A DNA stretch of 64,000 nt from the NCBI GenBank assembly GCA_011109175.1, contig RDEW01000021.1, positions 617,313 through 681,312 of the forward strand, given 5' to 3'. Position 1 is the first letter of the stretch. Each line of letters begins with the position of its first letter. Both the position numbers and the translations under genes were made by a program. Source of the stretch: Dicyema japonicum. Taxonomy: Eukaryota; Animalia; Dicyemida. Positions 52,161 to 64,000 of this stretch are shown here, piece after piece. Under the pieces are notes generated by a model, which worked only from the letters and a program-made list of their open reading frames with translations, had not been told where the DNA came from and ran no database searches.

Positions 52161-53137
52161 TGATCCTTTAAATTAAATTATTAATTTGCATTAATCTCAT
52201 TGTGATAGGGATGAGTTCATAATGTTTGTGAATTTTATGTGGTAAACCTTAAAAATAACAAAATTGGGATTATTATAGTGCACATTCGCGATAAGAAAGT
52301 TATATCCTTCCCGTCACTTTTTACACCCCCGGATGATCCGGTCTGTTAGACTTCTCCACTCTCTTCTAAAGATTGCGATTTTTCGGAGACTGTCTATATG
52401 ATTGGCGTCTTCTAATGCCATTTTAAAATGTTTCCACGCATCTACGATGCAGAAAGGGTTTGACGAGTGACGCCGTCATCAGTGGATACTCACTGCGGAA
52501 TTGGATTGTCTAGAAAGGACACTCACAAGAAAAAGAAAAAAAGAAGTGAAGATCATTCATTGGTTCTACGATTAGTTAAAATTAACTGTTCTTTACTTAA
52601 ATAAAGTGTGTTTCCTTCTTATTCGGAGCTATAGATATTATGGCTCTCGTGAAAAGGCTTTATTATTATTATTTAACATGTTTTCACCACCTCAGCCAAT
52701 TGGGAGATGATTACATTAAAAAAATGAATTTNTCTAATAATGCCATTTTAACATGTTTCCACGCATCTACGATGCAGAAAGGGTTTGACGAGTGACGCCG
52801 TCATCAGTGGATACTCACTGCGGAATTGGATTGTCTAGAAAGGACACTCACACAAGAAAAAGAAAAAAAAAAGTGAAGATCATTCATTGGTTCTACGATT
52901 AGTTAAAATTAACTGTTCTTTACTTAAATAAAGTGTGTGTACTTCTTATTCGGAGCTATAGATATTATGGCTCTCGTGAAAAGGCTTTATTATTATTATT
53001 TAACATGTTTTCACCACCTCAGCCAATTGGGAGATGATTACATTAAAAAAATGAATTTGTTTATTTAATAATTATTGATGCCACAATTTTATATTTTAAA
53101 TTAAACATTATTTTTTAGGATTATTAAAATTTTGTGG

Positions 53138-54443
53138 ATGGTTTCAAAGTTATCCCCCGACCCTTCAAAATTTGTTTATTGTTGCCGATGGGGTAATTGT
53201 AGCAACAAATTTGAGTCTCTCCAAGGGTTATACGAACATATGAACTCTCATTTGTCACAAAGTAACCCCCAGTTAATATCAATTAGTAAAAATTGAGATG
53301 CAGTACTGTATGTGGGGGGACTGTCGCTATCACTTTGAGGACTCCACCCAACTCATTATTCACTCCCTCCAGCACTGCTATCATATCAAACAAATGTTAA
53401 ATGGGCTTGATGTCTTAAAGAACAACGACATCACTTCCAGATGCTCAGGTGTCTTCAATGACTGTGTGATTTCCAACCACTTTCTTTCATCCTTCGACTG
53501 TTCTTGGGGGGAATGTAACCTCTCCTTCTTAAAGCTCGACCTTTTCACCGAACACGTAGAATACCACCTGAACAACGTCGTCCGCATCACTCCGTTCATC
53601 TGTCCATGGGGGACTGGTTATTGATTAGCTAATTCAGAATGCTCCTACGAGACTAAGAGGTTGACCAACTTTTCAAGACACGTGTACTCCCATGCCAAGC
53701 TGAAAGACTATGCCTGCCCCTTCTGTGGAGTTATTCTCTTCTCTGCACGTGCTCTGACAGACCACATTGCTAGGACTTCACAGGATGGTTATAAGACATT
53801 TGATGTTTAGATAAGAATCATTCCTGTCACGTGTGCTCAAAGTCCTTCTCATCTGCCCATCTTTTGAAGGAACATGTGCGATTCCACGGTATTTGGGCGA
53901 ACTAACCTTCAGACGTCAAGATTCAATGTCCACATTGCGAACAAAAATTTATGTGCAACGCCCACGTGACGAGACATTTAATGAGTTGCCACAATCAGTT
54001 TGAGAAGTATTTTTTCTGTCCAGAATGTCCTTACAAGTTACCTTTCGTTTCTATTCCTGGTCGGGGACCATTAGAGGATTGAGAAGTCATTTATTGAAGC
54101 ACGACAAGTCCAGGATATACACGTGTGACGAGTGCGACTATGAGACAACCTCATACACGGCGTTTTACAGCCATTACACGAGTTCCCATGCAGTTGTCGT
54201 AGTTGTCACGTGTGTAGAACAAGAAGACGTTTAAATGTCACCTGTGTATGACCACGTTTTCGTTTGGAAGTAGTCTTAAGAGGCATTTGGGACTAATTCA
54301 CAGTGTGGTGGTGGAGAAGAAACATAGAATGTTGTGAGTGTGTTGTATTTAGATTTGAGAGGCAAGAGGATGGGAGTTATTCCTTGATTCAGTCACTGGG
54401 GAGAGTTGTCTCTAAACGATCGAGTAGATCTATTCTGAAATGA
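53138..54443 (+). CDS. HINFP: Histone H4 transcription factor HINFP-like C2H2 zinc-finger protein, about 381 aa, 7 introns (19-25 nt)
   Basis: C.W..C fingers, the characteristic HCYH, further C2H2 fingers and terminal R..F..EDG motif; one intron requires a TG acceptor. Confidence 0.8.
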
Positions 54444-55029
54444 CTTTCTTGTATATTATTTGTACTGTCTTCTTAAGTTGGTATTAAGGATGGTTATATG
54501 AATTCATCCCCCAGATTTTTGAGTGGACTAAATGAGGGACCAATGAATCGTTAGATATGCGAGTGTTTCGTGTAGGAATCCAACTGAGGGTTTGATCTTA
54601 TCCTATGTAGTGAGAGAGTTCACATGAGCTTTATGAGGATGGTCTGGAAATGTTTGCTGATGACGGTGTCACTCGTCAAACCATGTATGGCATAGAAATC
54701 CAAGGTGAAGCAGGACAAGAGGTGGCCTGAAATAGAATTAGTTGGATGACTTGTAAATAGTAACATAGAATATCTGTAACCAAATATTTTGTGAGACAAA
54801 TCTTTTATTTCCAGTTCCTGGTGAAAATAGACGACCTACTTTTAAGAGAGTCGTTACTCAGAACACTTAAGATCTCAACAAAGATATGTTGGAAGATGAT
54901 TTGTCGAGACACTTGAAGCGATAGTAAATCTGTCTTTTTCCATGACCCGAGGACGTCTAGGCGTATTCAAAAGCCACACCATGAAACCCAGCACTCCTCG
55001 AATTGAGATCGATTTATATCGTGAGAGGT

Positions 55030-57170
55030 AACACAGGGTCGATTTAGTCGGCGGGGATAAATATTATTAGCACTTACCCGATATCCAATTAATTTCTTTT
55101 TTGTGCAAAAAATAATTTTTTATTGAATCAAATCGATCGTCCAATAAGCATATCAAATTAGCAGGTTTATTATTTTATTACTCTTTTACAGGTGTCAGTA
55201 CTATAAAACTACTGATTTTCTCGTCCCATCTGCCGACACATGGGTCGATAAAGTCACTAAGGCTTTTGTCGAATCCAATATTCCCTGCATAAGTTGAACT
55301 GTAAAAGCTTACGAGACTTGTTTGAGAGTATTGGACATAATCTTCCTTCTACTTACGCTTGCCGAAAAAGTGTAGAAAATTTATGCCAGAAGCAGCTTGA
55401 CAGAATTAAGCTATTTTGAGGTTTTATTTGCATTTATTATAGATCTGAAAAAAATTTTGTTTTGATTGACGAAACTGATATTCATGGACAGAAATATGTC
55501 AATAATCTTGTCGTCCATTGTCTTTGCGGCTTACTCGTCGATTGTCTGCCAGATAATTGACGATGTGCTAAGGGATTTTGCGATAGATCGAGAGAATTTT
55601 GTATTTCTGGTATCTGATGCGGCCAGATGCATGGTGGCTGTTGCACAGGTATTGAAGGTTTTATACACGAATTCGCATCATGTAACATGTGTTCTTCATC
55701 TTCTTCATAACTGTTGCCTTAAAATAAGAAAATATTTTAAGGATGTGGATTTTTTAATTTAATCGATAAAGGCTGCGACTGTCAAAAACAAGACACGAAG
55801 AGAACAAATTGCTAAAATCGGGTATCCACTTGAAGTTATTCTAGCAAAATGGGGGAGTTGGATGGAAGCAGTCCGCTATTATTGCAAAAATTACACAGAA
55901 NNNNNNNNNNNNNNNNNNNNNNNNNNNNNNNNNNNNNNNNNNNNNNNNNNNNNNNNNNNNNNNNNNNNNNNNNNNNNNNNNNNNNNNNNNNNNNNNNNNN
56001 NNNNNNNNNNNNNNNNNNNNNNNNNNNNNNNNNNNNNNNNNNNNNNNNNNNNNNNNNNNNNNNNNNNNNNNNNNNNNNNNNNNNNNNNNNNNNNNNNNNN
56101 NNNNNNNNNNNNNNNNNNNNNNNNNNNNNNNNNNNNNNNNNNNNNNNNNNNNNNNNNNNNNNNNNNNNNNNNNNNNNNNNNNNNNNNNNNNNNNNNNGAA
56201 GAGAAAAATTTGCTAGAATCGGGTATCCACCTGAAGTTATTCTAACAAGATGGGGGAGTTGGATGGAAGCAGCCCGCTATTATTGCAAAAATTACACAGA
56301 ATTAAAAAAATAATTGAAAGTTTCGATGGAGAGGGGATTTTATTAGAAAGATGTTTGCAAGGGGTTTGTCGAACGAATTACGTACAAATTTATCATCAAT
56401 ATTATGCCAATATGACGATATATGTGAAATGATAAAGAAGGCAGAAGAAACCTATTTCACTATAGAATACGCTGTTGAAGACATATAAAAATTCCATTTC
56501 GGGGACGATTTATGTGGAATCGGGAAGTATCTAGAATCAAGATTATCTGTAAATCAAGTGCTTTCTATTTCAAAAATGGAAAAACAACATATTTCTCCAT
56601 ATATATACAACCATCTTAATAAGTGTCCTTCCACATCATCTGTTGAAACAAGTTTTTTTATTAGGAAAATTACTATCTATAGATCAAAATTTTAAACCCG
56701 AAAATGTTTCAAATTATATTATTCTGTTTTTTAATAAATATATTNGAAATTCCATTTCGGGGACGATTTATGTGGAATCGGGAAGTATCTAGAATCAAGA
56801 TTATCTGTAAATCAAGTGCTTTCTATTTCAAAAATGGAAAAACAACATATTTCTCCATATATATACAACCATCTTAAAAAGTGTCTTTCCACATCATCTG
56901 TTGAAAGAAGTTTTTTTATTGGGAAAATTACTATCTAAAGACCGAAATTTTAAACCCGAAAACTTTCAAATTACATTATTCTGTATTTTAATGTAGATTT
57001 TGATTAGTTTTTTTTTATATTAAAAAAATTTTTTTGTAGATAAATTTAGCATAAAGTCAAAAAAGGTCAAAATTTTGAAATTTTAAGGTCAATAAAGTCA
57101 ATTTTTAGGTCAAAATTTCCGATTTATAAAGTCAAAAAATAGCCATAATGATGACTTTTAGCCAACATTT
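55030..57170 (+). mobile_element. hAT-superfamily DNA transposon relic with 3' subterminal repeats
   Basis: IDETD, SDAARCM, HVTCVLH, TRWGSW and SSVERSF motifs; repeated A(A/G)GTCAA units at 57052-57140; spans a gap. Confidence 0.8.
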
Positions 57171-57694
57171 CAATATCATGTTTGATTAAGTAAATTTGTC
57201 GAATATCATTTCACAAATTTTCAATTCATTTCGTTCACTTCTCTATAAATAAGTAAGTGAGCTCCAACAAAATATGAAGTAGGAAAGTACAGGATTATGT
57301 GAGAGATCGAGTTCCACAATTTTGGAAACTGTTCTTCATTTTTTGAATTCTGCCAAACTGGGGAATTGAGGTATTCTAAAAGTTAATTTCATAAGATTTA
57401 TTATTTTGAGGTCAATAATTCCTCTCTTAATTCGGAATCAGAGTTTAAAGTTTTGGATTTGAATGAATCAATCATGCAAATCATTTAAAATTTGTTTTTT
57501 AACCCACAACATCTGATAATATCAATTTCAGTGATGAAACAATTACGAATGCTTGCTTCGAAAATGCTGCATTCACGCTTCTTTGTACTTTATGGTAGCC
57601 TTCTAAAAAATGTTAGTTGTTTAATTTTAATTTAATTAAATAACAAATTTAAATTTTTTTTACCTTCCATTAAAATTTAAAAAAATTGGAAAAA

Positions 57695-57870
57695 TGGTTT
57701 TGTGACTGAACGTCTGATGACATCGGATCTGAAGGTCGTGAGTTCGAACTTGAAAGATGGCGTTTTCAACGAAGGCCAATTCTCGTCAAACAGATCCCAC
57801 TCGTGAGGCGACGAGTCTTTCTGGCACGAAAAAGTTGTTAAAAGGGATCTTCCTACCTTTCTCGCAGTCA
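57695..57870 (+). mobile_element. tRNA-derived SINE-like repeat
   Basis: ATCTGAAGGTCGTGAGTTCGAAC T-arm/B-box; colinear with 13560-13740. Confidence 0.6.
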
Positions 57871-58232
57871 AAATCTTATGGTGAAGATTACATTATGAAA
57901 ACTTTTCCGCCGATGAATGAAGCGATGTCCGCGATTGTAGGACGTGCGATGAATATGGAAGAGGCATTTCCATAACATTGGGCTTGCGATTATGAGGTAC
58001 CTCCAATTGCGTACCTAATGCCTCCAGGCAATAATGGAGACATGTCATAACAACTTTATTTTAAATTATGCGTAATAAATTGTTTATTTTTAACTAAGGC
58101 TCTTCTCGTTGAGGCTCGAAATGGCGATTATCAGATGTAACGCCTTTGCCAGTTTGTAGTCCTAGTTATTTACAATTTAAAAAATAAATTCTCATCTTTT
58201 TAAAAAAATAAGACAATTATTTAACCCAAAAA

Positions 58233-58590
58233 CTAACATTCAACAACTGTGCCTGCTCTCATCATTGAGAACGCATTTCCCCTGACGATATGCAAGGATA
58301 TGCGCCCAATGAGTACGCTCCTTTCTCTTCTATCACTTTTTTCCTCGCGATGAGCGACCCGATTCTGTTTAGCAGGATCAATGACCTGTTTTTTATGATT
58401 CCTGACGTTACCATGGAGACTGGTTGAATTGTCCACCAAGACATGTGTATTTCTTCAAATTTAGTCTCAAGAGCCTGGGTTAGTTGCTGTCATAACAAGG
58501 TTGGAGGGAGAGAGGCTATCCACACAGGTGGCATCCCATGCTAGGTATCTACCGCTTTACCATGGGAAGAGAGTAGTACCGCCCTGTCTT
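58233..58590 (-). mobile_element. CRE-like non-LTR endonuclease/C-terminal relic
   Basis: TTLFPW.SGRYLAWDATCVDSL..RISLHIVRGNA. Confidence 0.8.
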
Positions 58591-59582
58591 CAGTTGGCTA
58601 GGACGAGTCATTAATAACTATTTTTTAATGAAAAATAATTAATTAAAAAATCAATAATTAAAAATCTAACTCTAAACGAATAAAAAAAGGTCAGAGAACT
58701 AAAAGCTAAATGGAGACTAGTGTTTTCAGCCGGTTTTTCTCTTGATCCCCAAATAACCCAACCTTATAAAAATTCTGAACTTTAATGTCAATAGATCGAT
58801 AGGTTAAGCTGGTGGCATATCAATGGTTCAATCTGAGACAGCTATAGTACTCATAATGTCCTTTGGACTAGAACTCTTTTGGAAATTTGGAAATGACCCT
58901 GAGATGAGGTCGATAAAGAAGAGAGAGCCCTTAGTCACAATTTATTGAATTATATAACAGCAAATCGTTAATATTGATTGCAATGATAACAATAAAGTAC
59001 TTCACACATTTCAATACTCTCCACTAGAGAAGAGTCAAACAGTATGGACAATAATCAGACACGTGTCATAGGCCCTCTTTCAGTTTATTTTTTAGGTCAC
59101 CCAGATCTTCCCATGTGTGTAGACTTGTAAATCCAAAACTGTGAACAGGACAGATTAGGCATTTCAGTCCGGGAAAGTAGACAATCTACAATGCGAGAAA
59201 ACCTTTCTCTTTATGAGGATTATACAAGACCCCCGACTAGACGTAGAAGAGAAAGTAATAATGATAACCTTGAAATTCCGGCGGCAATAATAATATAGTT
59301 ACCACTCAACTGTATAAATTCTCATATGCTTTAACAATACAAGAAATGTCAATTAAAAGTTGATTATCGACAGAAATGCTAAAATAGCAATTGACATTAA
59401 GCAAATCCCTTCAGAGCCTTCTCGTCGGTAAAGCTCAATTTTAAAATATGTAAAATCATAAAATATGTAAATTTATTAATTTACATAATTTATAATATAT
59501 TTTTATACATTAATAATAATTTATTTATTTATTGGTTAACCTAATGAAAAATAAATATTTCATTCAAAAAATTGATTGCAAA

Positions 59583-61043
<1,461 letters not shown>

Positions 61044-61075
61044 TAACTAACAAAATTTTAATTTCAAAATATAAC

Positions 61076-61590
61076 TCAAAAGGTATTTTCGTTCCACCTA
61101 CTACTGAACGTCCTACCAATTTCCAACTGGGAACATTGGAGGGTTCGTATCGGGATCTCTATCTGTCTGACAGGGGAATTGTCGGTGCTTACGGACATCA
61201 CGCCCTCGCATGCAGAAGAAGTATGGGGAGACTCCCGCGACACACTGACTTGATGATGTGAAACGCGCACTGGAGTCGCCGGACTCCCTTCTATACTGGA
61301 ATCCACTGGCCTGGACAGGGGAGATAGAAAGCGATTCGAAGAAGTAACAATCTTTCTGTTTGAGGAGGGAAGACCGTTAGTTTTGGATGCAACATGTCCC
61401 CCACCGGCACAGAGAAAAAGCAAAAAAAAGTATAGATAACTACTCGATATACCTTCTGTGCGAAAGCTGTCGAGACAACCATGGCGATAACCAGTAAGTC
61501 TCTGGTCTTCCTCAAGAAACCCGAACCCATTGCCTCGCTCAGAAGCCATGATGAGCACAAAACGCAGTGGCTCTTCCAGTTGGTTTCCAT
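61076..61590 (-). CDS. Hypothetical small Ser/Pro-rich protein
   Basis: 160-aa ORF that can be joined to an ATG at 61590 through a 26-nt GT-AG intron; no family recognised. Confidence 0.3.
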
Positions 61591-61663
61591 ATCAGTCCAG
61601 AGGAGAAAGATGAATAAAGTGGGTGGGAAAAATAACTTTAATATTATATTTTCGAAATAATAA

Positions 61664-62723
61664 TTAAAATATTTTCCTCGAAGACAAAACAAGATTTATG
61701 CTTTGTTTGTAGTTTTTCAGAGAATTTATAATGTTCTCCTCCGTGAAGTCGTCCAACTGCAGTTCGGGGACAATCTCCCACTGACCGTCCACCACAACAA
61801 CAGGGAACCCAAACACGAGTCCCTCGTCTATTCCATATGACCCGTCCGACACCACTCCCATCGTTATCCAATCATCCAGATCCGTCCCCTGATGGAGACT
61901 CACCAAATGTTTGACCACCCCAAAGGCCGTCGACACCAATGGTGGGAGACACCTCAAAGCAGTCACCTCCACTGCTCGTCTCTGCACAATCTACATAACC
62001 GGAGACTCTACCCTGGGCAGACAGTGTCGTCTATACTGTTCCGTAGCGTATTTAGTAACGTGGTGGTCCCCAAATGTGGCATACTTTACATCACAGAACT
62101 GATAGAAATTTGTGTTCCCCCAGGATATTATGTTTTTGATCTTCCAGGGAATAGTCCGTATTTCGTTGCCGATCTACATTATCACCCACGTGGCACTTGA
62201 GCGGCAGCTCTGTTCTGTGAAATGACCAAGACAGAAGTAAAATTCCTCGGATTCAAATTTGGAGCCGCCCGATAACAGAAGAAGGCGTTCAAGTTGCCCT
62301 GGGAGTCGTAGATCACTACTTTGCAGTTCCTTGGGGAGTAAGTGTTAAGGAAATGTCCAAAGTGAGTGAAGACACTGGCTGACTCCACGATTACATCCTG
62401 AACTGGCCTGTTTCTGGAGTTATCTTGGTTGGAGTTGGTCAGTATAGCGTAGTCGATATTGGAAAAAGCTTCTGCCTCGATGCACGTGCCAACAATCTCG
62501 TGAACGTATGGGAGGCCAGCGTTCCGAAGACATTCCACCATTTCGCTAACAAATTTTTCTAGCCGACTAAAATCGTAAAGGACTAAAATAAGTTTCTAAA
62601 CGGTAAAGCTTGTCATTTATCTACCTTTGGAGCGAATATGGGAGTTAGGCATATTTGGAATATAATATTGTACACATAATCGTTGGAAACGCCAGAAATC
62701 ATTAACCGAATATAATCATCCAT
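61664..62723 (-). CDS. Cytosolic malate dehydrogenase (MDH1)-like protein, about 328 aa, catalytic residues replaced
   Basis: EAFSNIDYAIL, NFTS..QNRAAAQI, KNIISWGN and WITMGVVSDGSYGI..FGFPV..WEIV; introns of 29, 23 and 21 nt. Confidence 0.85.
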
Positions 62724-63544
62724 GACGTAGCACTTTAAAAATTATAAAATTATTTATTTAATTTGTAACAATTTATTTATTTTTAATTAAAAAATAATTT
62801 TTCTATATTCTTCAAGGTCGTTACCTATTTTCAGTAATTCTGGAAATTTGTTATAGAAGTTAAAATTTCAAATATAGCTCTTAAAAATCTTTAATTTTTA
62901 AAAAAGAAACATTAGAACAAATTGAGATTTTTAGTAAAAAGGCTAGGATTGCGAAGGCGTTCCCACTGATCACTGCCATTTCGAGCCTCTGCCTCAACTA
63001 GAGTCCTTCGCGGGGCTAGTATCTCTTTGAAGAAAGTCTTCGTCCGATACTGAAGAGAAATGAATCCGTCTTCTCTCCCATATCCGTTAAAATCGTAATA
63101 AGACGGATATAATCCAGAATAGTTCAAAACTATTGTTTTTAATGAGTGTAGATGATGTGCTAATTGATTGCGTTTATAGAATTCCCCAACATTCAAAAGA
63201 ACTAATTATATCACATAGGATGTCGTAATTTTCGAAATAGTATTTACTGCAGCAAACCAATTCCATATGATAATTATCCAGGTGGTAACAACATCTGAAG
63301 GGCATCTGATAAATCTGAAAAGTCATCTTTTAGATTTATCCTTTGTTGTAGCACTTTTAAATTGCATAGGGAACAAAACAATTAATCATTCTGAATTTAG
63401 AATTCGTCTATGAATTGGAGAGCATACATCTTTGATTTGTGATATAGTGCGCCAAGCTGAAGTCTCTTTAGGAGAGTATGGGATCACGTGATTAGTTAGT
63501 TTGGTATTACGGTTTTTTTAATTTTTTTAATTTTTCACCACTTT

Positions 63545-63840
63545 GCATCTGGGAGATTAACTGTGAATTTCCTACTTGTTTAAAGGATTCCTTTCTGTTC
63601 GTACATTTTTCAATTCATAAGAGGCGTCATGTGATTTACTTAACATGGGAGACTTCCAGTGACCGGTCAATATCCAAAATGTGATCTCTCTTCCCTTTTC
63701 TTGTTGAGGGGTTCCAATAATAGCAGATATGGATGGAGGACACATGCAAAGGGCGTGCCTTTTGAACTGAATATACTTTAATTTGATGTAGATTAACTCA
63801 ACCTTTTTATGGTATATCCGGGGTTATAAACAAATATAAT
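63545..63840 (+). mobile_element. SINE copy following a GIT* LINE end (63480)
   Basis: GGCGTCATGTGAT core and GGTATATCCGGGGTTA tail shared with 7766-8070. Confidence 0.6.
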
Positions 63841-64000
63841 CTCAGATAGAATCAGAAAAATGCGGTAAATCCCCCCGAATCCACCATTTTTGAGACTTTC
63901 AACCATGTGTGTAGCGATACTTTTTTGAAGTATTAACTTTGAGTATGCAAAATTTGCGATAAGCCGAAGACTCTCCCAATGATGTAAACTCACTATTTTG

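Noticed and set aside
62912-63460. 94-aa minus-strand ORF as a host gene
   Set aside because: No recognisable domain or consistent splice model; lies among TE relics.

Overview
Eukaryotic (metazoan) genomic DNA. It consists of islands of very compact host genes separated by decayed transposable elements, with three scaffold gaps (30250-31172, 46398-46935, 55901-56197). Host genes reconstructed by hand: an SLC7/LAT amino-acid transporter (possibly decaying), eIF3h, a miniaturised KMT2E/SETD5 homolog, a short ASCC2-like gene, a DYRK4-like kinase, transportin-3, TFIIH p62, HINFP, the PKA catalytic subunit, and an MDH1-like protein lacking catalytic residues. About 60 introns can be inferred, and all but one are about 19-31 nt (mostly 22-24). 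Donors are highly degenerate and several boundaries appear non-canonical (GC-AG, GT-TG, possibly GT-AT), suggesting length-guided micro-intron splicing. This architecture suggests a reduced parasitic animal such as a myxozoan or dicyemid (inference only). Mobile DNA includes APE-type LINE relics, two with a 2A/StopGo-like motif just before the endonuclease; RTE-like, R4/Dong-like and CRE-like non-LTR elements; two hAT transposase relics; and tRNA-derived SINEs whose tail matches the 3' end of the LINE family ending in 'GIT*'. Family assignments come from recognising motifs from memory, not from database searches.
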